35,093 nucleotides of DNA from Sphingomonadaceae bacterium (GCA_050261575.1 JBLNDL010000090.1:1-35093); one strand, 5' to 3'; shown: positions 9,532-19,637, counted from the first letter of the stretch. Numbers and translations: made by a program. Notes: a model not told the origin generated them from the sequence alone.

Positions 9532-11604
9532 TCACTCGGCCGTCTTCACCCAGCATCTGAGCAACTCGGCCACGCTCCAGGCCTGAGCGATGCAGCCGCG
9601 GGAGGTGAACGGCTTCTCAGCGTCGAAGATCTCGCTGATGGAGCCGACCTCGGCCTGCTTCAGATGGGGCACGAAGCCCTCCAGGAAGCGGCGGGCGCCC
9701 ACACGATCCTCGGGGTACAGCTTCAGCCACGCGTCCACGAAGGGGCCGATGAGCCACGCCCACACCGTGCCCTGGTGGTAGGCGGCATCGCGAGACCGGC
9801 GGTCCCCGAAGTACTTGGCCTTGTACTCGGGATCCTTCCGCGACAGCGAACGCAGCCCCACCGGGGTGACTAGCTGCTCCAGCACCACCTGAAGAACCGA
9901 CTCCCACCGGCTTCGGTCCAGGATCGGGTGGCGGAGGGAGATGGCGAAGACCTGGTTGGGTCGGCAGGAGGGGTCGTCGCCATGCTCGCCGTCGACCACG
10001 TCGTACAGGTAGCCCCCCTTGGCGTACCAGAAGCGCTCGTTGAAGGACTTGCGGGCGCGAGAGGCGTGGGCTGCCAGCGCCTCGGCCTCCTCCTCTCCGC
10101 GCTCCTCCCTCACCCACCTCTCCAGCAGCCTGAGGGCGTTGTACCAGAGGGCGTTGATCTCCACGGCCTTGCCGCGGCGGGGGGTGACCACCCAGTCCCC
10201 CACTTGCGCATCCATCCAGGTGAGGGGCAGGCCAGGGGTACCCTGGCGCAGCAGCCCGTCGTCCGGATCCACATGGATCCCGAAATCCGTGCCCCGCAGG
10301 TGGAAATCGACGATCTCTATCAGCCTGGGGAGCAGGATCTTCAGGGTCTCCCGGTCCCCGGTGTACTCCATGTATCGATCGATTGCGTGGAAGTACCAGA
10401 GGGTGGCGTCCGCGGTGTTGTAGCGACCCTCGATCGCCTCCTCCGGGAACATGTTGGGGATGAGCCCGTTCCGGATGTAGTGCGAGAAGGTCCTGAGGAT
10501 GTAGCCCGCCTCCAACACCCGCCCCGTCGTCAGGGCCAGACCCTCCAGGCTGATCATGGTGTCTCGACCCCAGTCGGTGAACCAGTGGTAGCCAGCTATG
10601 ATCGTGCGCACCTCGTCGCCCGCAGCGTGGGAGCGCGCCGCGTCCTGCACACGGCCTGCAGGGACGATGATGAACTGGTCCGCCGCCAGGGTCAGCTCCG
10701 CCCCAACGCCGGCCTTCGCCTTGGGATGGGTCATTACCAGCAGCCGCCGGCGGCGCTCCCGTTCGGCCTGGCGTGCCTCGCGCGGTGCCAGGGTGCCCAT
10801 CACCTCCCAGGACTCCGTCGAGGCTATCAGGTTGACGCCGGTGCCCCTCACCGCCTCGGCCTCGAAGTGGCCCGGGCTCCAAAGGTCTCCGGCGGCCTCG
10901 TAGCCCCGAACCTCCTCCAGCCGGTAGCGGACATCCTCAATCCGCACCTCCTCCGGTACGAACGACGCCTTCTGCCCCTGGATCATCAGCTTGAGCGGGG
11001 GATACTGGGAAGCCCCGAACAACTGGTAGCGGCCCTGCTCGTCCACGCTCCAACGGTAGGACTCCGCCCACTGCTCGTCGACCCGCGACTCGTGGGAACG
11101 GAAATGCACCGCCGGGCCCAGCCTCAGCCTTATTGGACCCGGTCCGGACACCAGCCGGTAGTTGACGTAGACGGTGTTCTGCATGTGTGGCATCAGGACC
11201 CGCTTCTCCAGAACCACCTTGCCCAACTGGTACCGCCAAACGGGCAGCCCGGAATCCAGCCGGAACTCGATCAGGTGGCTTGCCCCGTGGTACTCCAGGT
11301 CGACGTCGACCCGCTCCAGACCACTCAATCGGAAGTGCTCACCGTCGCGCAGGATCACCTCCTCGGCCAGGTAGTTGAGCATCACCACCCGACCCAGTGG
11401 AGCCGGAAGGGCAGCGATCAGCAGGCCATGGTACCGACGAGTGCAGACGCCTGAGACCGTCGCCGAGGCGTAACCTCCCAGGCCGTTGGTCACCAGCCAT
11501 TCGTGGCTGAGCAGCGGCTCGGCCTCGGGATCCAGCCCTCCGGACCACTCCAGCTTCAGTACCACTCTATCCACTGCGATCTCCACCTCGTCTCGTTCAT
11601 CCAC
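9532..11604 (-). CDS. Amylo-alpha-1,6-glucosidase (glycogen debranching enzyme, GDE_N + GDE_C)
   Basis: EWLVTNGLGGYAS, TRRYHGLL, IAGYHWFTDWGRDTMISLEGL, TWMDA, YHQGTVWAWL, GCIAQAWSVAE. Confidence 0.95.
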   Translation of the reverse strand: MDERDEVEIAVDRVVLKLEWSGGLDPEAEPLLSHEWLVTNGLGGYASATVSGVCTRRYHGLLIAALPAPLGRVVMLNYLAEEVILRDGEHFRLSGLERVDVDLEYHGASHLIEFRLDSGLPVWRYQLGKVVLEKRVLMPHMQNTVYVNYRLVSGPGPIRLRLGPAVHFRSHESRVDEQWAESYRWSVDEQGRYQLFGASQYPPLKLMIQGQKASFVPEEVRIEDVRYRLEEVRGYEAAGDLWSPGHFEAEAVRGTGVNLIASTESWEVMGTLAPREARQAERERRRRLLVMTHPKAKAGVGAELTLAADQFIIVPAGRVQDAARSHAAGDEVRTIIAGYHWFTDWGRDTMISLEGLALTTGRVLEAGYILRTFSHYIRNGLIPNMFPEEAIEGRYNTADATLWYFHAIDRYMEYTGDRETLKILLPRLIEIVDFHLRGTDFGIHVDPDDGLLRQGTPGLPLTWMDAQVGDWVVTPRRGKAVEINALWYNALRLLERWVREERGEEEAEALAAHASRARKSFNERFWYAKGGYLYDVVDGEHGDDPSCRPNQVFAISLRHPILDRSRWESVLQVVLEQLVTPVGLRSLSRKDPEYKAKYFGDRRSRDAAYHQGTVWAWLIGPFVDAWLKLYPEDRVGARRFLEGFVPHLKQAEVGSISEIFDAEKPFTSRGCIAQAWSVAELLRCWVKTAE

Positions 11605-11661
11605 CGCCAGGCCGGCTCCGCCCCTCCGATCGGCGCCATCGGCGTCGCAGGGACCGGCCGG

Positions 11662-13557
11662 CTACACCCGTTTCCATGGCGTCAACACCGTCGCGGCGTG
11701 GCCGGGGATCCGCCACGCCCCGTCCGTCGTCGGGGGCACGGTGCCGAGTCCGCCGTAGCGGGGGTCCTCGCTGGACCACAGCACGCCCCAGTCCGCCCCC
11801 TCGGGAGGAGCCAGCAGGGGCTCCGGAGCCGGATCCAGATCCAGGTCGCGGCCGAAGTTGATCAGCAGGAGGCGATCGTCCCCATCCGCACCGAAGAAGC
11901 GCAGGACGAACGCCTCCGGCCCCAGCACGGCACCGTCCACACCTCCCGCCCCCTGGTCGCGAAAGACGGGGTCCTCCCGCCGCAGGCGCAAGAGGTCCCG
12001 GTGCAGGGCGTATGCCTCCGCGTGGCGCACGCGCTCCGAGAGGTCCACCTTGCTCCTCTCGAACGTCAGGGGATCGTCGGGTCGCGCCAGCCGGTCCTGG
12101 ATCGCCGGATCGGCGACGCTGGGGAACTGGGCCACGAACGCCGCACGCCCGCGCCGTACCAGTTCCGCCAGCTCCGGCGGATGGTCGGCGAAGTAGAGGA
12201 ATGGGCTGGAGGCGGCGAACTCCTGGCCCTGGAACAGCATGGGGGTGCCGGGAGCCAGCAACGCCAGCGCCGTCACCGCCCGATAGCGACCCGGGCTCGT
12301 CAACCGGTGGATTCGGAGCCCCGCGGCGGAGTTGGCTATCTGGTCGTGATTCTGGATGTAGAGGACGAAGGACGCCGGTTTCAGCCCGAAGGTGGGGCTA
12401 CCCCGGCGCTTGCGCTGCCACCGGTAGCGCTGGCCCTGATAGAGGTAGCCATACTTGACGGCCGAGACCAACTCCTGCGGCGTGCCCAGGTAGTCAGCGT
12501 AGTATGCCTCTGCGTGGCCCGTTACCGCGACCACGGCACTGTGATGGAAGTCGTCGTTCCACAGCGCGTCCAGCCCGTAGCCACCCCGTTCCACCGGCAG
12601 CACCAGCCTCGCCTGCTGGAGCTCGTTCTCCGCCACCAGCAAGATGGACCGATCGCGAGCCGCTTCCCGCGCCCGGCGGCCGATCGCTACCAGAACGTGC
12701 TCCGGTGAGCCGTCGTGCATCACCTGCGTGGCATCGATGCGCAGCCCATCCAGGTGGTACTCGTCGATCCAGTAGCCCGCGTTCGCTACGAAGAACTCCC
12801 GCACCGGCCCCGAGCCGGGTCCGTCGAAGTTGATGGCCGCACCCCACTCGTTGGTGTAGCGGTCGGTGAAGTAGTGCTCCGAGAACTGCGGAAGGTAGTT
12901 CCCCTCGGGGCCGAGGTGGTTGTAGACGACGTCGAGGATCACCCCCAGCCCTGCACGGTGGGCCTGGTCCACGAAACGGCGGAAGTCGTCGGGGGTCCCG
13001 TAGAGCCGCGTCGGGGCGAACAGGTCGACGCCATCGTAGCCCCAGCCGAAGCGGCCGGGAAACTCGGCGACCGGCATCAACTCCACCACGGTGATCCCGG
13101 CGTCGGCCAGCTCCGGCAGCTCCCGGCTCGCCGCCCCCCACGTCCCCTCCGGGGTGAAGGTGCCGACGTGCATCTCGTAGATCACCTGCCCCCGAAGGTC
13201 GATGCCGCGCCACCCCTCGTCGCTCCAACGGAAGGCGGCCGGATCCACCACCTGCGACGGGCCGTGCGGCCCCTCCGGCTGGTAGCGGGAGGCGGGGTCC
13301 GGGTAGAGCCTCTCCTCCCCATCCAGACGGAATCGGTAGAGGGTGCCCGACTCGGCCGAGCCGGCCTTCCCGGAGAAGTAGCCGTTCGCCTCAGGTGCCA
13401 GATCCAGGCACGCATCGGGGCCGTTGCGCCCCGGGCCACCCTCCAGGACGACCTGGACCCTCTGCCTGCGGGGCGCCCAAACCCGGAAGTGAGCCCCACC
13501 ACCCGGCAACAACTCGGCTCCCACTGGCAGCCGCCTCTGTGGCTCCGCACCCTGCAT
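11662..13557 (-). CDS. treZ: Malto-oligosyltrehalose trehalohydrolase (GH13)
   Basis: FRVWAP, PDPASRYQPEGPHGPSQV, WGYDGV, DVVYNHLGPEGNYL, DGLRIDAT, QNHDQIAN. Confidence 0.95.
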   Translation of the reverse strand: MQGAEPQRRLPVGAELLPGGGAHFRVWAPRRQRVQVVLEGGPGRNGPDACLDLAPEANGYFSGKAGSAESGTLYRFRLDGEERLYPDPASRYQPEGPHGPSQVVDPAAFRWSDEGWRGIDLRGQVIYEMHVGTFTPEGTWGAASRELPELADAGITVVELMPVAEFPGRFGWGYDGVDLFAPTRLYGTPDDFRRFVDQAHRAGLGVILDVVYNHLGPEGNYLPQFSEHYFTDRYTNEWGAAINFDGPGSGPVREFFVANAGYWIDEYHLDGLRIDATQVMHDGSPEHVLVAIGRRAREAARDRSILLVAENELQQARLVLPVERGGYGLDALWNDDFHHSAVVAVTGHAEAYYADYLGTPQELVSAVKYGYLYQGQRYRWQRKRRGSPTFGLKPASFVLYIQNHDQIANSAAGLRIHRLTSPGRYRAVTALALLAPGTPMLFQGQEFAASSPFLYFADHPPELAELVRRGRAAFVAQFPSVADPAIQDRLARPDDPLTFERSKVDLSERVRHAEAYALHRDLLRLRREDPVFRDQGAGGVDGAVLGPEAFVLRFFGADGDDRLLLINFGRDLDLDPAPEPLLAPPEGADWGVLWSSEDPRYGGLGTVPPTTDGAWRIPGHAATVLTPWKRV

Positions 13558-13694
13558 GGCTCGTCCTCACCACCTGCACCGAAGAGATGACGGCAGGGGG
13601 AAATCGCAGGATGGGGACCGCGGCCCTAGCGAATCCGGGCCCGGCTGCTGGCGATCCTTCAGGCCGAGGCTCGCCCCCAGCAGACGGCCCGCCG

Positions 13695-14771
13695 CTACGC
13701 GCGGTACGGCTCCAGCGCGCGCTCGTCGAAGCGGAGGCCCGTGCCCGGCTCCTCGGAGGGGCGGACCCGGCCCCCCACCACCCGCTGGGGCGTCTTCAGA
13801 TAGGGGTCGAGGGCGAAGGCGTGCTTCTCCAGGTAGACCGGGTGCCGGCTGGCGCACAGCAGGTGGGCGCACAACTCGTCGGTGTAGTGGCTGCTGGTCC
13901 TCAGTCCAGCCTCGTTGGCCATGGCCAGCACCTTGATGGAGGCGGTGATACCCCCGTTGGTCACAGGATCTATCTGCAGCACCCCGGCGGCTCCCTCTCG
14001 AACGTAGTGGCGGAACTCGTGGACGGAGTGGAGGCTCTCGCCCACCGCGATGGGCATCTTCAACTCCCCGGCCAGCCGCGCGTGGCCCGCCACGTCCTCC
14101 GGGATAGTGGGTTCCTCCAGCCAGAAGGGATCGTACGCTTGCAGCCGCCTACCACGCTCGAGCGCCTCCTCGGCCGTCCAACTCATGTTGGCGTCCACCA
14201 TCAGATCGATCCCATCGCCGATCAGGCGCCGAACAGCGGCCACCCGCCGCTCGTCCTCCCAGGGCTCCGGCCGGCCGACCTTCACCTTCACCCCAGGGAA
14301 GCCCCGCTCGAGGAAGCCCTCCACCTGGCGCAGCAGTTCGTCGAGAGGCTTGGGCAAGTCCACGCCGCTGCCGTAGGCGGGGATCTCCCTCGCCGTGCCG
14401 CCGACCAACGCGTAGAGTGGCTTCCCCTGCCTCTGCCCCCGCAGGTCCCACAGTGCGATGTCCACGGCGGCGATGGCGAAGCTGGCCAGCCCTCCGCGAC
14501 CGACGTACAGCAGGCGTTGCCACATCAGCTCCCAGAGCGCCTCCACCTCCTCCGCCTGCCGGCCCAGCAGCAGTGGGGCCAGGTCGTGCTCGATGAGGAC
14601 CTGTATCGCCCGGCCACCTCGGCCGATCGTGTAGGCGTAGCCGTGGCCCACCAGCCCATCTGCGAACAGCTTCAGAGTGATCAACTCCTCGGAATCGATG
14701 GCCCCGTGGCCGGCATCGCCGAACTTCTCCAACGGCAAGCGATAGTAGGCAGTCTCGACCCGATCGATCAT
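13695..14771 (-). CDS. Mandelate racemase/muconate lactonizing enzyme (enolase superfamily) protein
   Basis: AIAAVDIALWDL, KxK motif (VKVKVG), LMVDAN, WLEEP, IAVGES metal-ligand motifs. Confidence 0.92.
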   Translation of the reverse strand: MIDRVETAYYRLPLEKFGDAGHGAIDSEELITLKLFADGLVGHGYAYTIGRGGRAIQVLIEHDLAPLLLGRQAEEVEALWELMWQRLLYVGRGGLASFAIAAVDIALWDLRGQRQGKPLYALVGGTAREIPAYGSGVDLPKPLDELLRQVEGFLERGFPGVKVKVGRPEPWEDERRVAAVRRLIGDGIDLMVDANMSWTAEEALERGRRLQAYDPFWLEEPTIPEDVAGHARLAGELKMPIAVGESLHSVHEFRHYVREGAAGVLQIDPVTNGGITASIKVLAMANEAGLRTSSHYTDELCAHLLCASRHPVYLEKHAFALDPYLKTPQRVVGGRVRPSEEPGTGLRFDERALEPYRA

Positions 14772-16957
14772 ACGGCAGCCCTCCGCTCCAACACATCCCG
14801 AACCGCGCGGGCCAGCTTATCCAGTGTCAACGGCTTGCGCAGACAAACGCCGGCCCCCAGTAGCAGCGCCTCCTGCACTCGATCCGAGGCCGCGAACCCC
14901 GTCACGACGATGGCCCGCTGCCCAGGTCGTATCTCCAGCACCCGCCGGTAGGTATCCACCCCATCCATCCCTCCCGGCATGATCACGTCCAGGATCAAGA
15001 GGTCCACCGCGTGCTCCTGGAGGTAGTTCACCGCCTCCTCGCCACTGGCGGCAACCTCCGTCCGGTATCCGAGCACTTCCAGCAGCTCCCTCGTCACCTG
15101 CCGCTGCATCTCGTCGTCGTCCACCACGAGAACGGTCTCGTTCCCGCCGCGCACCTCGCTCCTGGGCACCTCTTCGTAGCCCTCCCGGCAGGTGGGCAGA
15201 TACACGCTGAAGGTAGTTCCCCTGCCCACCTCGCTCTCCAGATCCAGGTAGCCCCTGTGATCATCCACGATCGCCTGGACCACGCTCAAGCCCAACCCGC
15301 AGCCTCGCCGCCCCCTCTTGGCTTTGGTAGTGAAGAAGGCATCGAAGATCCTATCACGTATCTCCGCGGGTATGCCACAGCCCGTGTCGGCAACGCTCAG
15401 CCGCACGTATTCGCCCACATCGATCAGGTTGTAGCGGCCGAAGGGACTATCCACGTAGACGTTCTCGGTCTTGACGCTGAGAACCCCCCCATCGTGCATC
15501 GCATCCATGGCGTTGGAGATCAGGTTGGTCACCACCCGCATCAGTTGGGCCGGAGACCCGCTCACCGGCAGCAGGTCGGCGGAGATGTCCTTCTTCACCG
15601 ATATGCCATTGGGCTGCTCGACGATCTGTGTCAGTGCCTGCTCGACGAGGTGGTTCAGGTCCACCCGCTGGGAATCGAAGTGCCCTCTCCTCCCCAGGGC
15701 CATCATATCCTCGTTGATGTCGGCCATCTGCTCGGCCGCCTCGATCATCGCTTCGCAATAGTAGCTCGCCGGGTGCCCCTCAGGAAGCTGCATCCTGATC
15801 AGCTCGGGGTAGGCGGTGAGGGGACCCAACAGGTTGTTGAAGTCGTGAGCCACCTGCCCCGCTATCCTCCCCGCCGTCTCCAGCCGCTGGGCCCGCAGGA
15901 GACTCTCCTCCAGCCGCTTCCGCTCGGTGATCTCCCTCAGCACGACCACCTGGCATACCAGACGGCCACGCCAATCCCTGAGAGGAGATACCCGCACGTC
16001 CACGATGATCGTGCCGCCCCGACGCACCTCGACCTCGTCACCATCCTTAGACCATCCGCACTGCCACTCCAGCTTCCTCGGCCACTCCGGCCATACGTCG
16101 CCGATGTACCGCCCGATGGGCTTCGAGGTGGGGTCCGCCAGCACCTGCCGGGCAACGGGGTTCAGGTCCACCACTCGATGCCGGTCGTCCAGCACCAGAA
16201 GCCCGTCGCTCATACGCTCCAGGATAGTGCCCCGGGAAACGGACACGATGTCCCCCATCCTCAAGCGAGAGACGGTCCAGGCCACAATGAGGCTGCTAGC
16301 GGTGACCGACAGGGGTGACAGGTTCAGATCGCCCAGGGGATTCCTGTCGAGACTATACAGAAGGATGCCCAGTGCGGGCATGAAGGTGGCGGCCAGCAGC
16401 GCGATCCCCTGCCAGCGGTACAGGTGCCAGGAGCGAACCAGCATCTGGATGAACAGGAGGGACGCCGCTCCCACCAGTGCGAAGCTGTAGGCGGTGAAGA
16501 CCCAGTACCACACGGCGTGGGGATTGACCAACACCAGGAGCTCCCCATCGTAGGTGAGGTAAAGCCTCTTCCAGATCAGATGATGAAACTCGTTGGTGAA
16601 GACCAGCAACAGGGTGGCCATGGGCAGCAGGCCGAGGAGCATCAGGAGGCGGCGGGTTACCTGCTCATTGCGGCCGGTGTACTGGAGGGCGAAGGCAAAC
16701 CACGCGACTGGCACCGTAACGGTGCCGACGTACTGAAGCTTGTTCCAGAAGATCATCGTCCCCATGTCGACGCTGGCCAGCTCCAGGGCGTAGGTCAGCA
16801 TCCACTCAGCACTCGCCACCAGCAACACCGCGGCCGCCTTCGCCTCCGGCAGCCCCTCTCGTCGCCAACGATACAGCCAGATGTACAGGGCCGAGGCGAC
16901 CGATACGCCCGACACCGCGGCCAAAGGCACGGTGTACGGGTTCTCCTGCCAGATCAA
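14768..16957 (-). CDS. Hybrid histidine kinase: N-terminal 7TM sensor, PAS, HisKA, HATPase, REC
   Basis: Multi-TM N-terminus (KLQYVG..WFAFALQYTG), GQVAHDFNNLL, NLISNAMDAM, DTGCGI, GLGL, C-terminal LVVDD/LLILDVIM. TTG 16957 follows GGAGGTGGAGG. Confidence 0.9.
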   Translation of the reverse strand: MIWQENPYTVPLAAVSGVSVASALYIWLYRWRREGLPEAKAAAVLLVASAEWMLTYALELASVDMGTMIFWNKLQYVGTVTVPVAWFAFALQYTGRNEQVTRRLLMLLGLLPMATLLLVFTNEFHHLIWKRLYLTYDGELLVLVNPHAVWYWVFTAYSFALVGAASLLFIQMLVRSWHLYRWQGIALLAATFMPALGILLYSLDRNPLGDLNLSPLSVTASSLIVAWTVSRLRMGDIVSVSRGTILERMSDGLLVLDDRHRVVDLNPVARQVLADPTSKPIGRYIGDVWPEWPRKLEWQCGWSKDGDEVEVRRGGTIIVDVRVSPLRDWRGRLVCQVVVLREITERKRLEESLLRAQRLETAGRIAGQVAHDFNNLLGPLTAYPELIRMQLPEGHPASYYCEAMIEAAEQMADINEDMMALGRRGHFDSQRVDLNHLVEQALTQIVEQPNGISVKKDISADLLPVSGSPAQLMRVVTNLISNAMDAMHDGGVLSVKTENVYVDSPFGRYNLIDVGEYVRLSVADTGCGIPAEIRDRIFDAFFTTKAKRGRRGCGLGLSVVQAIVDDHRGYLDLESEVGRGTTFSVYLPTCREGYEEVPRSEVRGGNETVLVVDDDEMQRQVTRELLEVLGYRTEVAASGEEAVNYLQEHAVDLLILDVIMPGGMDGVDTYRRVLEIRPGQRAIVVTGFAASDRVQEALLLGAGVCLRKPLTLDKLARAVRDVLERRAAV

Positions 16958-17737
16958 GCCTCCACCTCCGTCATCGCACACCCCGACTTCGCCCGCCGGG
17001 GGGGCGGGCGGCTCCATCGGGAGTCGGAGATCGCCACTGGTCGCCGCGTCCGGCATCCTCGCCGAAGGGCTCGATCCGAGACCGCGGGGACGCGAATCCA
17101 TCGCCGGGCTTAGAGGAGCCGCGGAGGCCAAGCCGAGGGCTTCCGCGATCGACTGAAAGGCGCAGGGACCCGCACGCCCAATCGGTGGCGTCTGCCCGTC
17201 CCCTGAGACGGTTGGGCCTTCGCCGCCGTGGAATCGGGTACTCGAAAGAAGAAGAACAGGAGGGCGGAGTCCGGCTTCGTCGATCTACGTGCTCCCCTAC
17301 AATAGTAGAGATCGACGGTTCTCCCCGGTTTCATTAGGGGCAAGGGGATGCAAAGGAACTGATGAGGCGACTGTTGCCCCAGCGCGCCTCACTGTTCCAA
17401 GTGTACTGGTTCGCTACGTCCGAGACACCTCCTCCTTTCTGGGATGTTGCCGATCGACCTTCCTAATGCCACTTCTCCCATTCCCTACTGTCACGGACCT
17501 ATTTGAACGAGCACATTCAGGCGTGGACCCTTCCTCCTGGCACTCCTCAGCCAGGCCCGGCTATAGACGTGGGCTCCATTATCTCTAGTGGGTACTGGGT
17601 TGGGGACCGAAATCAGGACTTCCCGCTGGCGGTGAGAACGGTCGGGAGGCACGTAGCGCTGGCCGGCAGCGTCATTGGGGCGGACCTGCGCAACCGGCTA
17701 CGGCTTGCTGAGGTCTTCGAGAACACAGCCCCACTGG

Positions 17738-18148
17738 CTACGAGGCCGTTCCTCTCACTACCGATACGCGCAGCCATTCCGTGAAACGAGCGACGGCCTC
17801 GTCGAGATCTCCCCTGCGGGTCGCCACTGCCTCGAGTTGCCGAGCCATCTCCAGCGGGTCTCGTGTCGACAGCAATCCGTTGGCCCGCAAGAACACGTCG
17901 GCGGCAAGAAGGGCCGTGCGCTTGTTCCCATCGAGGAAGGCCTGGGCCTGAGAGATGCCGACGGCAAGGAGCGCCGCCTGTTCGATCAGGTCGGCGTCCG
18001 CGTAGTGAGCGGCCATCCGGGGACGCATCACCGCCGACTCCAGGAGCGCACGCTCTCGAAGCAGCGAAGGCGCGTCCCCGGTCTTCTCCATGATGAAGAC
18101 GTGCAGAGCTTCCACGTCCAGCACGCTGAGGTAGCGCGTCTCGGGCAC
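17738..18148 (-). CDS. doc: Fic/Doc-family (death-on-curing) toxin, variant catalytic motif
   Basis: LLESAVMRP and QAFLDGNKRTA (canonical HxFxDGNKRT); directly downstream of an antitoxin gene. Confidence 0.88.
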   Translation of the reverse strand: MPETRYLSVLDVEALHVFIMEKTGDAPSLLRERALLESAVMRPRMAAHYADADLIEQAALLAVGISQAQAFLDGNKRTALLAADVFLRANGLLSTRDPLEMARQLEAVATRRGDLDEAVARFTEWLRVSVVRGTAS

Positions 18149-18151
18149 AGG

Positions 18152-18367
18152 CTAGTGCTCCCGGAGATAGCGATAGGCGGCCTCGTTCCGCTCCCAACTC
18201 TGCTCAGCCAGCTTTCGGAGTTCGGGATGAAGCACGGGGCGAACCTCGGCCTTCCGTATCTCCATGGTCACCAGGTCGCCCTCGCGCAGATCCAGAGCCT
18301 CCGCCTCCTCCTTGGGAACGGTGACGACCAGGCTGTTGCCCACCTTGCGGAGCTTCCCAACCACCAT
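18152..18367 (-). CDS. AbrB/MazE/SpoVT-family antitoxin (71 aa)
   Basis: KLRKVGNSLVVTVPKE..LDLREGD AbrB fold; C-terminal ERNEAAYRYL typical of Doc-associated antitoxins; GGAGG SD before ATG 18367. Confidence 0.88.
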   Translation of the reverse strand: MVVGKLRKVGNSLVVTVPKEEAEALDLREGDLVTMEIRKAEVRPVLHPELRKLAEQSWERNEAAYRYLREH

Positions 18368-18380
18368 CTCGCACCTCCGA

Positions 18381-18442
18381 GTAGACACCGATGGTGTATA
18401 CATTCCATGCTACAGTATATACTGAGCTGTCCGGTATCGCAA
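18381..18442 (-). promoter_or_regulatory. Sigma70-type promoter and palindromic operators of the TA operon
   Basis: TTGCGA(18442-18437)-17 nt-TATACT(18419-18414); palindrome CAGTATATACTG (18413-18424) over the -10; imperfect IR GTAGACACC-GAT-GGTGTATAC (18381-18401). Confidence 0.75.
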
Positions 18443-18480
18443 AGCCCATGCCGGATGGCGCCACTCCGCCGTGAGCCCCC

Positions 18481-19446
18481 CTACCCCAGCGCGGCGGGGT
18501 TCACCACGTTGGCGGGCCTGCCCTCGAAGAAGGCGATCAGGTTCTCCACCGGCATCCGCCTCAGCCGAGCCGACGCCTCGGCGGTGACCCAGCCCGTGTG
18601 GGGGCTGAGCACCACTCTCTCCAGCTTGGCCAGCGGGCTGTCCGGGAGAAGCGGCTCCCGCACGAACGCGTCCAGACCCGCCGCGCCGAGCCGGCCCGAG
18701 GCGATGGCGTCTGCCAGGGCCGCCTCGTCCACCAGCGCCCCGCGGGCAGTGTTCACCAGGATCGCCGTGGGCTTCATCAGCGCCAGCTCCCTCTCCCCAA
18801 TGATCCCCACCGTCCGAGCCGAGGCCCTCAGGTGCAGGGAGACGACGTCGGAGACGCGCAGCAGCTCCTCCAGGCTCACCAGGGTCACCCCAACCCGACG
18901 CGCCCTCCCCTCGTCGGGGGTGAGGCTCCAGGCCACCACCTTCATCCCGAAGGCTCGCGCCATGGTGGCCACCTCCTGGCCGATCGCCCCCAGCCCCACG
19001 ACCCCCAGGGTCTTGCCCCGCAGTTCGACTCCCTCCACGTGGCGCCACTGGCCGGCGCGGATCGCCCGGTCACCCAGGGCCACGTGACGTGCCGCGGCCA
19101 GCATCAGGGCGAAGCTCAGCTCGGCCACCGAGACCGTGGAGGCGCCGGGCGTGTTGCTCACCACCACCCCCTGCCGGGTGGCTGCCTCCAGGTCCACGTT
19201 GTCCGTGCCGGTGCCGAGGATGGCGATGTGCCGCAGCTCGGGCAGCGCCGCCAGCAGCTCGGCGTCGAAGCGAGAGTAGGCGCGAACGTTGATCAGCGCC
19301 ACGGCACCCCGCAGCCGTTCCGCCAGTTCGCGCTGGTCGGCAGCCTTGGTTCCGTAGAGGACGACCTCGCCGTAGGGGGCCAGCCCCTCCAGCTCCGCGT
19401 GCCCTTGGTAGACCGGTGGGAAATCGTCGGGGATTACGATGCGCAT
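18481..19446 (-). CDS. D-isomer-specific 2-hydroxyacid dehydrogenase (SerA-like, no ACT domain)
   Basis: GTGTDNVD, GKTLGVVGLGAIG, SDVVSLH, ILVNTARGALVDE, SPHTG; ATG 19446 preceded by GGAGG. Confidence 0.92.
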   Translation of the reverse strand: MRIVIPDDFPPVYQGHAELEGLAPYGEVVLYGTKAADQRELAERLRGAVALINVRAYSRFDAELLAALPELRHIAILGTGTDNVDLEAATRQGVVVSNTPGASTVSVAELSFALMLAAARHVALGDRAIRAGQWRHVEGVELRGKTLGVVGLGAIGQEVATMARAFGMKVVAWSLTPDEGRARRVGVTLVSLEELLRVSDVVSLHLRASARTVGIIGERELALMKPTAILVNTARGALVDEAALADAIASGRLGAAGLDAFVREPLLPDSPLAKLERVVLSPHTGWVTAEASARLRRMPVENLIAFFEGRPANVVNPAALG

Positions 19447-19637
19447 CGTGCACCTCCCAGCAGGAGTCGGGGTTGAGGCAACCCCAGGGCTTTCGGGAGT
19501 CGGGGGCATCCCGGCTCCCGACGGACTGGTGGTATACGGGGCCGTTTCGCCACGACATCGTATCAACCGGCGAGGTCGCGGGCAACCAGGGCTCCCGCAA
19601 GGAACTCCCCCGGCGAGGCACCGTGCGCGCTGGTCTT

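Noticed and set aside
17185..17230. Minus-strand CGAAGG..GTCTCAGG resembling a glycine aptamer 3' half
   Set aside because: The GGAGA 5' element and P1 pairing were not found.
17738..18442. TA pair as part of a prophage or integrative element
   Set aside because: No integrase, transposase, phage genes, tRNA target or flanking direct repeats were seen.
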